A stretch of 64,000 bases of DNA, from assembly GCA_963665665.1 (NCBI GenBank), contig OY762428.1, positions 2,656,001-2,720,000 of the forward strand, written 5' to 3'. The translations under genes were made by a program, and so were the position numbers. The notes under the pieces are model-generated. The model searched no databases. It was not told the origin of the DNA and worked only from the letters and a program-made list of their open reading frames with translations. Source of the stretch: Candidatus Kapaibacterium sp. GTDB lineage: Bacteria; Bacteroidota; Ignavibacteria; Kapaibacteriales; UBA2268. Below are positions 36,576 through 46,756 of this stretch, piece by piece; position 1 is the first letter of the stretch, and every line of letters starts with the position of its first letter.

Positions 36576-38021
36576 TCAGGCCGGGCCTTTTCCTCTTCCC
36601 CACAAACTGACAACAATTATTGCCAGGAATGCCAGAACAAAGGAGATGAAACGTACCGAAATAAATGCATCCAGTTCATCGAAAGTTATCCAGATAACTG
36701 TGGATATTGTTCCCGTGATCATTCCGGCAAGAACACCGGCAGCTGTAACTTTTTTCCATTTTAATATCAGCAGTAGCGCCGGGCCGAATGACGATCCAAG
36801 CCCTGCCCATGCATAAGATACAAGCGTGTAAATATATTTTTCGGAACTGTATGCCATGAGAAATCCAATCAAACCAACCAGCAGTGTAATTGCACGACTC
36901 ATTTTCAGCAGGCCTTTTTCGTTAACATTTCTCTTTAGCGTTTTATGATAAAAATCCTCGATAATCGAAGATGATATTACAAGAAGCTGGCTGTCGGCAG
37001 TACTCATCATTGCAGCAATAGCACCACTGATAATAATACCCGCAATCCATGCCGGTAAAAGCTGTGTAGCCATGAAGGGCATAACATGTTCAATATCCGA
37101 AAACTCTCCCCTGCCGTATATAGCCAGCCCGATAATTCCAATCATCATGGCACCAAAGAATGCCGGTATGGCCCATGCAATAGCTATTCTTCGGCCCTGT
37201 TTGATTTCTCCGGGTGTTCGTATAGCCATAAACTTTGTTACCAGGTGGGGCTGCCCCATGTAGCCAAGGCCCCAGCTAAGCCCCCCAACAATCAGGGCTG
37301 CTGCTGCCCATCCGGTTTTGCCGCCACTCAGGCTCATAAAACCATCCCCTGCCGATTCCAGTGCCGCCGCAAGGCTTAGCCCCTGGTCGTTCAGTTCTAT
37401 CAATCCGACAATCGGCAGCACTATCAGGGCAATTATCATAATCAGCCCCTGCACCAGGTCGGTCCATACCACAGCCAGGAACCCGCCCATCATAGTATAT
37501 AGAATAATAATCGAAGCGCCGATGATCATGCCAATTCCGGCAGGTATACCAAATGTTGCAAAAAGTACTTTTCCGGCTGCAAGAAACTGAGCTGCAAGAT
37601 AGAATGTAAAAAAGAAAATTATTATCAATATCGATAAAATTCTTATCGCAGATGAGTATTTATCATCAGCGGAACGGCTGAATTTACTGGCAATAAAATT
37701 CGGCAATGTGATAGAATCATACTTTTCAGTTTGTATCCTCAGGTCCTTTGCTATAACAAACCAGGAGAAAATTATTCCGCCAACGCAGCCAAGAACCGTC
37801 CATCCCTCGGCAAAACCCACAGACAGGGCAGCGCCGGGAAGCCCAAGCAGCAGCCAGGCAGATTCTCCGGAAGTACGTTCAGAAAATGCCACGAGCAGAG
37901 GGTTCAGCTTTCTGCTTCCCAGGAAATAATCCTCGTGTGATTTGTTTTTCCTGTATGTTGCAAGGCCAAATACAAGCATTAAAGTAAGATATAGAATAAA
38001 TCCGAGCAGAGTAAAATCCAT
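36576..38021 (-). CDS. putP: Sodium/proline symporter (SSS family)
   Basis: DYFLGSR, SGESAWLLLGLPG, GGFLAVVWTDLVQG, WGLGYMGQPH and AAMMSTADSQLL. Probable start MDFTLLG at 38021. Confidence 0.9.
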   Translation of the reverse strand: MDFTLLGFILYLTLMLVFGLATYRKNKSHEDYFLGSRKLNPLLVAFSERTSGESAWLLLGLPGAALSVGFAEGWTVLGCVGGIIFSWFVIAKDLRIQTEKYDSITLPNFIASKFSRSADDKYSSAIRILSILIIIFFFTFYLAAQFLAAGKVLFATFGIPAGIGMIIGASIIILYTMMGGFLAVVWTDLVQGLIMIIALIVLPIVGLIELNDQGLSLAAALESAGDGFMSLSGGKTGWAAAALIVGGLSWGLGYMGQPHLVTKFMAIRTPGEIKQGRRIAIAWAIPAFFGAMMIGIIGLAIYGRGEFSDIEHVMPFMATQLLPAWIAGIIISGAIAAMMSTADSQLLVISSSIIEDFYHKTLKRNVNEKGLLKMSRAITLLVGLIGFLMAYSSEKYIYTLVSYAWAGLGSSFGPALLLILKWKKVTAAGVLAGMITGTISTVIWITFDELDAFISVRFISFVLAFLAIIVVSLWGRGKGPA

Positions 38022-38517
38022 AATATCAGAAATAAATTGATCAACAATAATGTCTTCTGCAGTTTTATAAAAGCGTATCAAATAAAATATTGAATTTCAA
38101 AATATTGATAATATGAAATCCAATACCATCATAGGGCAAGTTATAAAAAATGCTTATAATATCAATCAATTAATATTATCAGTTTATGAAAATCGGGATT
38201 TTTTTCACTTAATAAATAAGTTTGCTTTCAAAATCGATTAAGTATTAATTTGTTATATCTGATATATCAATTCACCCAGGCATGAAGGAAGGAAAATCAA
38301 TTCGATAATAACTTTACAGCCTGAACACTACACATTATTGTTAGAAACAAAATTTAATTGATTCTTATCAGGTAACAAATAATTTCAAATCATACAAGCA
38401 TCAAGCAATTCTCGCAAAAATACTTTTTAGCTTTTCCATATCATGTATGTAACTTTTCCCGATTTTCCGTGTATATCTTATTGAGTACAGGAAGAATAAT
38501 ATTGGAAATAGATTAAA

Positions 38518-38850
38518 ATGATAAAGATCAAGGAAATAAATGATTTAGGGTTTGAATCCGCAGAATGGGGGAAGGAACCATCAAAACTGCCGGTAATATT
38601 CAAGCAGGGAATTTTGAAAATCACAATGCCGCTTTGGTTGTTTTACCTGATTGCCAAGGCAATTAATGAGTTGATTGTAAGTGGCGGGATTTCAAAATTC
38701 TTTGATTTTTCAAATATACTATTCTATATTTCTCTGCTTTTTATTCTTTGTATACCGGGATTTATTGCCGGTTTGAATAGTTATAAAAAGCAAAAGGAAA
38801 AGTATGAAGCCAAAAAAACTTTCAGCCAATACATGACTTCTCTCAATTAA
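38518..38850 (+). CDS. Hypothetical membrane protein (2 TM)
   Basis: 110-aa ORF with two hydrophobic segments, followed by a possible terminator. Confidence 0.65.
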   Translation: MIKIKEINDLGFESAEWGKEPSKLPVIFKQGILKITMPLWLFYLIAKAINELIVSGGISKFFDFSNILFYISLLFILCIPGFIAGLNSYKKQKEKYEAKKTFSQYMTSLN

Positions 38851-38944
38851 GCAAAAATGCCGGCCTTTTTTTTTCAACTATTGCAATAATTATTTATTAG
38901 TTTTGTAATTCATAATGTAGATAATAATTTGTGTACTTTTTGAT

Positions 38945-40081
38945 ATGATTATGAAAAACAAACAATTCTTACTGATATTCAGCATATTTACATTTACACT
39001 TTTTGTATTCAGTTCATGCAAAGACTTTGACGAACCGCCCGAAACAGGCCAAAGCGAAGATGAGGAAATTATTGAACCCGGTTATATTTCTGCATTGGAA
39101 CCTGATAACGGCTCTATATGGGATACACTTACTATTCGCGGGGAAAATTTCGGAGAATACACCGAAAACTACGATTACGTGATGATAGATACAATTATGA
39201 TCGATGAGTTTATTAAGTGGGAAGGTGATGTTATTCAGCTTATCGTGCCGGAATTTATCCGCTTCGGCGCTAATAATGTAAGCGTGGTAATTGAAGACAC
39301 TACAAGTAATATTGCCGTATATACTTTGAATCAGACTCAATGGCCCGGATCAATTGAGATGATCGAAATACCTGCCGGCAGTTTTAAAATGGGTGATATA
39401 AATGGTTCCGGTTTTGTAAATGAACTGCCAGTGCATGATGTTACTATCAGCAAAGCATTTTATATTAGTAAATTTGAAGTAAGCCAGGCACATTGGAAAG
39501 CATTGGTAGCAACAAATCCGTCAACTGTCAGGGCTGATTCTCTTCCGGTAAACGGTATTAGCTGGCACGAAGCCGTTGCATTCTGCAATGCGCTATCAAA
39601 GCTTGAAGGACTGACTCCGGCTTATAGCGGCTCGGGCAATGATTTTAAGTGGGATATGGAAGCTGACGGCTACAGGCTGCCGACAGAAGCTGAATGGGAA
39701 TACGCCTGCCGCGCCGGAACGGAAACTGATTTCTACACCGGGAATACTGAAGCCGACCTGGCAAATGCAGCATGGTATTACGGAAATATTGATTTTGATG
39801 AAGTATCAACAACTCATCCCATGGGATTGAAAGACAATAACTCTTTCGGACTTTACGATATGCACGGCAATGTGGCTGAATGGTGCTGGGACTGGTGGGC
39901 TGAATATTCCGCCACCGCACAGACCGATCCAACAGGGCCCGAAACCGGCTGGGGCAGAGTTATACGCGGCGGAGCCTGGAACAGCAAACCGGATTACTGC
40001 CGTTCATCCTTCAGGTTCTATTACCGTCCGCCGGCAGACAGAATTGAATTTGCCGGCCTGAGGCTGGCAAGAAACAAATAA
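38945..40081 (+). CDS. Lipoprotein with an IPT/TIG-like domain and an FGE-sulfatase (SUMF1/EgtB/PvdO) domain
   Basis: Lipobox FSSC, LTIRGENFG, RLPTEAEWEYACRAG, FGLYDMHGNVAEWCWD and RVIRGGAW. Confidence 0.92.
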   Translation: MIMKNKQFLLIFSIFTFTLFVFSSCKDFDEPPETGQSEDEEIIEPGYISALEPDNGSIWDTLTIRGENFGEYTENYDYVMIDTIMIDEFIKWEGDVIQLIVPEFIRFGANNVSVVIEDTTSNIAVYTLNQTQWPGSIEMIEIPAGSFKMGDINGSGFVNELPVHDVTISKAFYISKFEVSQAHWKALVATNPSTVRADSLPVNGISWHEAVAFCNALSKLEGLTPAYSGSGNDFKWDMEADGYRLPTEAEWEYACRAGTETDFYTGNTEADLANAAWYYGNIDFDEVSTTHPMGLKDNNSFGLYDMHGNVAEWCWDWWAEYSATAQTDPTGPETGWGRVIRGGAWNSKPDYCRSSFRFYYRPPADRIEFAGLRLARNK

Positions 40082-40104
40082 TCACTGAAATTATTATTGA
40101 TATG

Positions 40105-40140
40105 ATCATCCGCTGACTTAAGTTGACGGATGATTTTTTT
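40105..40140 (+). terminator. Intrinsic terminator
   Basis: ATCATCCG...CGGATGAT followed by a T tract. Confidence 0.75.
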
Positions 40141-40218
40141 ATTATCTTATGATTGAAAATAAATGAAAATCAGAATAAAATTAATAATACAGAATGTTTA
40201 GTGAAAATGTAAATTAAA

Positions 40219-40512
40219 TTATTCCCATTTTTTTTCAGGGCTTTGTCTTGTATCAAAGAATTTAAGTATTATTATAGTTTCTTTGTTTTTTAATCGATAA
40301 AATACTGTTGTATTCCTTGAAATAACAAAACTTCTAAGATCGTCTTTAACAATCTCAGGTTTGCCTATCCGAGGATGATCTTTGATGGTATCAAGGAATT
40401 TGTTGACATTTCTAACAAATTTAATTGCAGATTTTATGCCCTGATTATCTTCAATAAAATCAACAGTTTTATCAAATGATTGATGTGCCTTTGGGGTCCA
40501 TTTTATTATCAC
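40219..40512 (-). CDS. RelE/ParE-family type II toxin
   Basis: IKWTPKA...HPRIGK...LRSFVI...VFYR...ILKFFDTRQSP pattern. It overlaps the upstream small gene by 4 bp. Confidence 0.88.
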   Translation of the reverse strand: MIIKWTPKAHQSFDKTVDFIEDNQGIKSAIKFVRNVNKFLDTIKDHPRIGKPEIVKDDLRSFVISRNTTVFYRLKNKETIIILKFFDTRQSPEKKWE

Positions 40513-40751
40513 AGCCAGTCTGCATATTTCTTCAAAACGGTATCATTATCTTTTAAATTCTTCTCAGATTCGCTCTCTTCATAGGATTGCAGCAATTCAT
40601 CTTTTTCAACATCCGATAAAGTTTCCCACAGATCAGATTTTGATCTGTCAAGGATGTATTTCATTTCAGTATAATATTCTTCAAGAAGATTCTTGTTCTC
40701 AATCTTATCTATAAGATCATGCAGGTTTGATTTTAATAGCGCCTTTTCCAT
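40509..40751 (-). CDS. Putative antitoxin (acidic, 80 aa)
   Basis: Small acidic ORF translationally coupled directly upstream of the toxin. Confidence 0.75.
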   Translation of the reverse strand: MEKALLKSNLHDLIDKIENKNLLEEYYTEMKYILDRSKSDLWETLSDVEKDELLQSYEESESEKNLKDNDTVLKKYADWL

Positions 40752-40882
40752 ATCCTATCCTAAATAAACATGATCAATTTTTTTAAATTTTTTTTTCAGT
40801 CCAAAATATTACATCAATATAAAGATAGAAAATAAATCCGTTATATCAAATGAAAATACGAGAAAGAAAACGATTCGACTAG

Positions 40883-41062
40883 TTATTTAGTATTATCAAC
40901 CAGCCAGGCATCTTCGAATATATCAGCCTTCTTCAAATTTTTTTTCAATTCTTCCCTGTTCCAATCAAGGTCATAATATTCATACCTTTCATAAAGCAGG
41001 ATGTAAGCAGAGTGATGAAACTTTTTCCATAGTTTCCAGGTTTTGGGTGTAGCCTGATTATC
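40883..41062 (-). pseudogene. Start-less 3' gene fragment
   Basis: An open frame of about 60 codons (…NQATPKTWKLWKKFHHSAYILLYERYEYYDLDWNREELKKNLKKADIFEDAWLVDNTK*) abuts the DJ-1 stop. It has no ATG. Confidence 0.4.
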
Positions 41063-41646
41063 TATTGCTTAATGAACCCCATTAATTTTCTAACCTTTTC
41101 GGAATTCTCTTTCGATGTCAGATTCTCAAGTAGCAGGAAAGCAACATCAACAGCCGTTGAAGGATTCCATGAAGTAATTATATTGTCATCAACAACTATT
41201 GACTGATCCAACACATCTACGCCGAATCCTTTCAAAGCCTCTCTGCGGATATCGCTGTGATAAGTTGTGCCGGTCTTGCCCTGCAAAGTTCCGCTTTTTG
41301 CTATAGGTAATGCTCCGACACAAATTGATGCAATCATTTTATTTTCATTTCTAAATTTACGTATTAAATCAAGAAATTTATTATCATAAGCATCATTGTA
41401 AAAACCGTACACCTCGAAACCTCCGGGAATAGCTAAAGCATCAAATGAATTTATATCAATTTCATCAATTGTGTAATCCACAATAAATTTTTGATTGAAT
41501 GTACTTGTAATCTCTTTGCTCAGGCCACAAGTGAACAATTGAGTGGAGCAATCCCCCTCAACATGATTCCAACCAATCACATCGATAAAGGCGCTGGCTT
41601 CAAGTATTTCAAATCCATCAGCTAATAGTAGCAGAACTTTTTTCAT
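41062..41646 (-). CDS. DJ-1/PfpI family protein
   Basis: KVLLLLADGFEILE, DALAIPGG, ASICVG nucleophile elbow, and VVDDNIITS. Probable start 41646. Confidence 0.93.
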   Translation of the reverse strand: MKKVLLLLADGFEILEASAFIDVIGWNHVEGDCSTQLFTCGLSKEITSTFNQKFIVDYTIDEIDINSFDALAIPGGFEVYGFYNDAYDNKFLDLIRKFRNENKMIASICVGALPIAKSGTLQGKTGTTYHSDIRREALKGFGVDVLDQSIVVDDNIITSWNPSTAVDVAFLLLENLTSKENSEKVRKLMGFIKQ

Positions 41647-41831
41647 AATTTTTCTTTCATGTGTTTGGTATTTCCCAAAAAAATAAAATAACACAAATTT
41701 GAATACATATCATAAATTTTTGAATATACCTTGGATGAGATCATAAATATTGAATAATCAAAAATGACATTCGCACCTTCGTTTTCGTGAATAATTGCTA
41801 ACTTGCAATTGAAACAATTTGGAATTAGGAT

Positions 41832-42842
41832 ATGAGAATTTATAAAAACCACTCGCTGAAAAAACTGAATACATTTAATATTGACATCAAAGCTGATACT
41901 TTTATTGAGATCAGCTCGGAAAGGGATTTGCAGGAATTGCAGGATCGGGGTATTTTTAACGAAAATTTTCTGATCCTCGGGGGTGGATCAAATATACTCT
42001 TCACTGATGATTATCGCGGTACGGTTATTCATCCGGCATTCCGGGGTATGGCCATGAGCAAAATTACCGATGAATATATTATAATGAAATGCGGAGCCGG
42101 AGAAAACTGGCACAACTTTGTGGAAACCTGCGTGAAAAGTAATTATTACGGCCTGGAAAATCTTGCTTTAATACCGGGAAATGTCGGCTCAGCGCCGGTT
42201 CAGAATATCGGGGCTTACGGCACAGAGCAGGGCGATTTTATTTATTCAGTAAAATACTGGGATGTTTTTGATGGCAGATTTGTTACTCTGGGCAGTGAAG
42301 AATGCAATTTTTCGTATAGGAATTCCATTTTTAAAAATGAACTAAAAGGCAGGGCTATAATCACCGAGGTCAGCTACAAACTAAGCAAAACTGAAAAACT
42401 GAACCTTAGCTATAAGGAACTGGCAGACGAGGTAAATAAATTCGTTGTAGTGATACCTGATGCGCGATATATTTTCAACGCTGTTTGCAGGATAAGGAAA
42501 CGAAAACTGCCCGACCATGAAATACTTGGCAATGCAGGTTCTTTCTTTAAAAATCCTGTTGTGAGCAGCAAAGAATTCGAAAAGATTAAATCAATTATTC
42601 CCGGCTTCAAAGCTTTCGAAACCAACAGTGGTTATAAATGCAGCGCTGCAAGGCTTATAGACCACTGCGGCTGGAAAGGCCGACGTGAAATCGATGCCGG
42701 AGTATCCGAAAAGCATGCCCTGATACTTGTTAACCACGGGAACGCCTCAGGAATGGATATATTTAATTTGTCGGAGAAAATCATCAATTCTGTGAAGGAA
42801 ATATTCGGAGTTCGGCTGGAAAGAGAAGTAAATATTATTTAA
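41832..42842 (+). CDS. murB: UDP-N-acetylmuramate dehydrogenase
   Basis: LGGGSNILF, GLENLALIPGNVGSAPVQNIGAYG, GNAGSFFKNP, KHALILVNHG and LEREVNI. Confidence 0.98.
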   Translation: MRIYKNHSLKKLNTFNIDIKADTFIEISSERDLQELQDRGIFNENFLILGGGSNILFTDDYRGTVIHPAFRGMAMSKITDEYIIMKCGAGENWHNFVETCVKSNYYGLENLALIPGNVGSAPVQNIGAYGTEQGDFIYSVKYWDVFDGRFVTLGSEECNFSYRNSIFKNELKGRAIITEVSYKLSKTEKLNLSYKELADEVNKFVVVIPDARYIFNAVCRIRKRKLPDHEILGNAGSFFKNPVVSSKEFEKIKSIIPGFKAFETNSGYKCSAARLIDHCGWKGRREIDAGVSEKHALILVNHGNASGMDIFNLSEKIINSVKEIFGVRLEREVNII

Positions 42843-43101
42843 CACAGCTTATCTTCTATCAATTTTTTTCAATAGATTTCATTCCTGTCAGTATCTATTG
42901 GTTACTCCTTGCTATTTCATAATAATAGCATACAACCCCTTTTGCTATGCCCCGCCTGTTAGCGGAGGCAAGGCTCTCTTGACAATTGCAAAATTTACTT
43001 CGAAATATAATTACCCTTTGGAGCTGTGCTTTCTGATTCTATAATTCATCTTTGCAGGAAATCATAGTGCCAGAAACAAGCACGGAAGAATGGCAATTAA
43101 T

Positions 43102-43548
43102 TCAGAACAATTCCTTCAAAACCTTTTGCCTGTATTCAAATATGCCGCTTAGTTTCTTCCTGACAAGGGGAAGCGCCATATTGCCTATCAGCCCGAAAGG
43201 AAGAATATAACTGACAATATCCTTCATAAGGACGCCGTTAGCAGTTTCCATAAATATATGCTGATGATGCCAGAATTTGTAAGGCCCGAACCTCTGCTCG
43301 TCGATAAAGAAGTATGGCTCATTCACTGAGGTGATTTCGGTTACCCATGATGAATTGATGCCGCTGAAAGGGCTTACTTTATATTCGATAATAAGTCCGG
43401 TATAAATTTTATCAGGAAGCTCGGTTAATATTCTGAAATTCATTTCCCCGGGAGTGATCTTTGACAAATTGGCCGGATTCGAGAAAAATTCCCATGCCTT
43501 TTCAATTGATATTGGCAGTTCCTGTTTTTTTTTCAATACATTCAGCAA
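43102..43548 (-). CDS. SRPBCC family protein
   Basis: AWEFFSNPANLSKITP, WVTEIT, FIDEQRFGPYKFWHHQH and IFEYR. Confidence 0.9.
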   Translation of the reverse strand: MLNVLKKKQELPISIEKAWEFFSNPANLSKITPGEMNFRILTELPDKIYTGLIIEYKVSPFSGINSSWVTEITSVNEPYFFIDEQRFGPYKFWHHQHIFMETANGVLMKDIVSYILPFGLIGNMALPLVRKKLSGIFEYRQKVLKELF

Positions 43549-43656
43549 ATTTACTCTCCATAAAAATAATAACTATTAAATGATTTAGTCTCGACGAAAC
43601 TTCCTGTTCTAAACCACGTATCCACCTTTAAAATATTGATTATCAATTATGGAACA

Positions 43657-44577
43657 ATGATGCAGACAATACTTGGTTCCGGCGGCGTTATAGGAATAGA
43701 ACTCGCGGGATATTTGCAGAAATATACTGACAGGATAAGGCTGGTAAGCCGAACTCCGAAAAAAGTGAATTCCGGGGACGAGACTTTTTCAGCTGACCTT
43801 CTGGACAGACAGCAGGTAATGAAAGCCGTGGAAGGTTCCGGGATTGTATATCTTACTGCCGGCCTGCCTTATGATTCAAAAATATGGGCTGAGAACTGGC
43901 CGGTAATAATGACCAATGTTATAGAAGCCTGCAAAAAGTACGACTCCAAACTTGTATTCTTTGACAATGTTTACATGTATGGAAAAGTTGACGGAAAAAT
44001 GACCGAGGAAACGCCCGTTAACCCTTGCAGCAGAAAAGGGGAAGTAAGGGCAAAAATTGCAGGCCTGCTTCTTGACGAAATGAAAATCGGCAATATCAGA
44101 GGCCTTATAGCAAGGTCGGCAGATTTTTACGGTCCGGGGGCGACAAATACTGCTGTACATCTGTTGATATGCGAGAAATTCAGGAACGGAAAAAAATCAA
44201 ACTGGCCGGGGAATGATAAGCTGGCGCATTCATTCACATACACACCCGATGCCGGAAAAGCTACAGCCCTTCTCGGGAATACCGAAGAAGCATACAACCA
44301 GGTTTGGCATCTGCCAACAAGTCCGGAAAAAATAACCGGGGAAGAAATGATAAATATGTTTGCAAAGGAGTTCTCGGTTCCCGCAAGATATTCCAGGCTT
44401 AGACCGCTTATGATGAAAATGGCGGGAATGTTTAACAAAACAGTAAAGGAAATGCTGGAAATGATGTACCAGATGGAATACGATTATATATTCGACAGCT
44501 CGAAATTCAATAATAAATTTTTTAAGCCAACAAACTATCTGCAGGGAATAAAGGATACTGCTAAAATATATAAATAA
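43657..44577 (+). CDS. NAD-dependent epimerase/dehydratase family protein
   Basis: TILGSGGVIG Rossmann motif, FFDNVYMYG and ARSADFYGP. ATG at 43657 or 43660 is more likely than TTG at 43636. Confidence 0.92.
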   Translation: MMQTILGSGGVIGIELAGYLQKYTDRIRLVSRTPKKVNSGDETFSADLLDRQQVMKAVEGSGIVYLTAGLPYDSKIWAENWPVIMTNVIEACKKYDSKLVFFDNVYMYGKVDGKMTEETPVNPCSRKGEVRAKIAGLLLDEMKIGNIRGLIARSADFYGPGATNTAVHLLICEKFRNGKKSNWPGNDKLAHSFTYTPDAGKATALLGNTEEAYNQVWHLPTSPEKITGEEMINMFAKEFSVPARYSRLRPLMMKMAGMFNKTVKEMLEMMYQMEYDYIFDSSKFNNKFFKPTNYLQGIKDTAKIYK

Positions 44578-44706
44578 CCTGCTGAATATTTGCGATACCC
44601 GGTATTTTTGAAACAAAAAAATCAAACTATGCCGGGATTTTTATTATCTTGAAATAATAATTATTTTCATTGAAATCAATTTACAAACACAATACAAGGA
44701 GCGATT

Positions 44707-45078
44707 ATGAAATTAGGAGCTTTTTCCGTTAGCCTCAGCGTTCAAGACCTTAAGAAATCCAAAGAATTTTATGAAAATATGGGCTTTTCGGCATTTGGCG
44801 GCGATATGAACAGCAACTACCTGATAATGAAGAATGGCGACGCAATAATCGGCCTGTTCCAGGGAATGTTCGAAGGCAATATCCTTACTTTTAATCCCGG
44901 CTGGGATTCTAATGCTCAAAAGCTGGAAAATTATGATGATATTCGTGAAATCAGGAAGCAGTTGAAAGACAAAGATATCAAATTTGAAAATGAATCTATC
45001 GAAAACTCAGCCGGTCCGGGCAGTTTTGTTATATTGGATCCGGACGGAAATGTAATTCTTGTCGATCAGCATGTGTAA
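44707..45078 (+). CDS. VOC/glyoxalase family protein
   Basis: GAFSVSLSVQDLKKSKEFYE, IGLFQGMFEGNILTFNPGWD and DPDGNVILVDQH. AAGGAG RBS. Confidence 0.92.
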   Translation: MKLGAFSVSLSVQDLKKSKEFYENMGFSAFGGDMNSNYLIMKNGDAIIGLFQGMFEGNILTFNPGWDSNAQKLENYDDIREIRKQLKDKDIKFENESIENSAGPGSFVILDPDGNVILVDQHV

Positions 45079-45110
45079 AATTTAAGAACATATTTTTGAG
45101 AAAATAAGAA

Positions 45111-46301
45111 TTGGTTAATAATTCATATCAAAAAATATTTGCCCGGAAATTTACTGAAAAAGTGAAAGAACTGCCGGAAGCCATCGGGCTGGCTGTTGGC
45201 GGTTCATGGATCAGCGATGAAATTGACGAGTACTCTGACCTTGATTTTATCCTGATAACGGAAAACAGGATAAATGACAGCAGAGAGAAAATGATTGAAA
45301 CTGCTGCAAAGCTCGGCAAACTGATAAATGCCTTTACAGGAGAACATGTAGGCGAACCCCGCCTTTTGATCTGCATGTATGACAATCCGCTGATTCATGT
45401 TGATATAAAGTTCCTGACACTCGAAGAGTTCAGGGACAGGGTGGAAGAACCTGTTGTCCTGTGGGAGAAGGACAATGCTTTGACAAATGTAATTAATGAA
45501 ACTGAAGCAAGTTGGCCGGAAGTTGATTGCCAGTGGATTGAAGACAGGTTCTGGGCCTGGATTCACTATGCCGCACTGAAAGTCGGGCGCGGAGAAATAT
45601 TCGAAGCGATTGATTTTATCTCCGCCATTCGCCAAATGGTTATTGCCCCGCTAATGCAAATAAGAAACGGGCAGCTCCCCAGAGGCTTGCGAAAAGTTGA
45701 AACTAATTTTTTAGAGGACGACCTTGAAAACCTTAAAGAAACGATAGCCGCCTACGATAATTACTCAATTATCTCCGCAATTGATACTGTTATCTATATT
45801 TACCGCTTTCTTCGGGAAGAATTATTTCCCGAAGATATTCTTGGCCGCGAATTAGTTGAAGAAAGGGTTATCGGCTATTGGAATAAAATTAAAATGCAGA
45901 AATGTGACAATACCGATGAAGCCCTGAAAATTAACGGTTTCAGAAATAAGAAATTCGATCTGTCGGTGGCAATAAACAGCCTGAAAATATTTTTCAATAA
46001 TAATCCTAAATCCGAATACATCTGGATTGATCCGCCATGGGTTTTGGCCAAAGGCGACGAAGTAATAACAACCTACATGGAGCATCCGGATAGTTCCAGC
46101 CCCCGATATAATATTCTGTTCAAAAAGTGGTTGGAAAATTTCCGGGGATTACGCGATTCCGAGTTTATTGATTATAAATATGAGAACCCGGTTCTTTACC
46201 TGAACTTCTCAAACGGGTACAGGCTAATTATTGATTCCGGGGATTGCAACGTAAAACCCGGTTGGTGGTATTTCCACTGGTATGTTAGAACCGAAGGCTG
46301 A
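45111..46301 (+). CDS. Pol-beta-type nucleotidyltransferase (aminoglycoside/lincosamide NTase-like) with a C-terminal extension
   Basis: GGSWISDEIDEYSDLDF (GS...DxD), FTGEHVGEPRLLIC, WIEDRFWAWIHY and RGEIFEA, followed by about 130 additional residues. Confidence 0.8.
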   Translation: MVNNSYQKIFARKFTEKVKELPEAIGLAVGGSWISDEIDEYSDLDFILITENRINDSREKMIETAAKLGKLINAFTGEHVGEPRLLICMYDNPLIHVDIKFLTLEEFRDRVEEPVVLWEKDNALTNVINETEASWPEVDCQWIEDRFWAWIHYAALKVGRGEIFEAIDFISAIRQMVIAPLMQIRNGQLPRGLRKVETNFLEDDLENLKETIAAYDNYSIISAIDTVIYIYRFLREELFPEDILGRELVEERVIGYWNKIKMQKCDNTDEALKINGFRNKKFDLSVAINSLKIFFNNNPKSEYIWIDPPWVLAKGDEVITTYMEHPDSSSPRYNILFKKWLENFRGLRDSEFIDYKYENPVLYLNFSNGYRLIIDSGDCNVKPGWWYFHWYVRTEG

Positions 46302-46427
46302 ATAAAGGGCTTTTATTTGTGGTTTTTACTATTTTTGATAGGATTTTTAAATTGACACACTCATTGCCATGTACAGGCGGCTTTTTGTTCCCCGCTGGCC
46401 CCGAGGTGTCGGACCAGGTGATTAAAC

Positions 46428-46672
46428 CGTAGGGGCAACCCTTGTGGTTGACCGAAAAAGAATCCATCTTCCTTAACGGATAAAGTATGAAGAATGTATA
46501 CTTCGCTCCGCTCAGTATGAAATTCCAGGCGCCGGCGGGGGACGGGTAACGTTGTCATTTTGAAGGAGCTTACGACTGAAGAATCCATCTTCGTTTGCCT
46601 ATAATGTATGAAGAAACCACCCCGCCATTCGGGCACCCCCAGCCTGCCCCGATATATCGGGGCCAGGAAGTG
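46428..46672. repeat. Cluster of REP-like palindromes
   Basis: GTAGGGGCAACCCTTGTGGTTGACC (GTAG type, 46428), GTCATTTTGAAGGAG...GAAGAATC (46554), AACCACCCCGCC...GGGCACCCC (46615) and GCCTGCCCCGATATATCGGGG (46642). Confidence 0.7.
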
Positions 46673-46688
46673 ACATGGAAATACTAAC

Positions 46689-46721
46689 AAAAATGTCCGC
46701 CACTTTTAGGGTGACGGACAT
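46689..46721 (-). terminator. Terminator of the prkA-DUF444-spoVR operon
   Basis: ATGTCCGCCAC...GTGACGGACAT hairpin with an A tract on the left, which is a U tract on the minus strand. Confidence 0.75.
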
Positions 46722-46756
46722 CTGAGACTTATCTCTGCTTTTCTAAATCTAGCCTG

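Noticed and set aside
39940-40081. DGR variable region in the FGE-sulfatase C-terminus
   Set aside because: The fold is a known DGR target, but I saw no template repeat or reverse transcriptase in the window.
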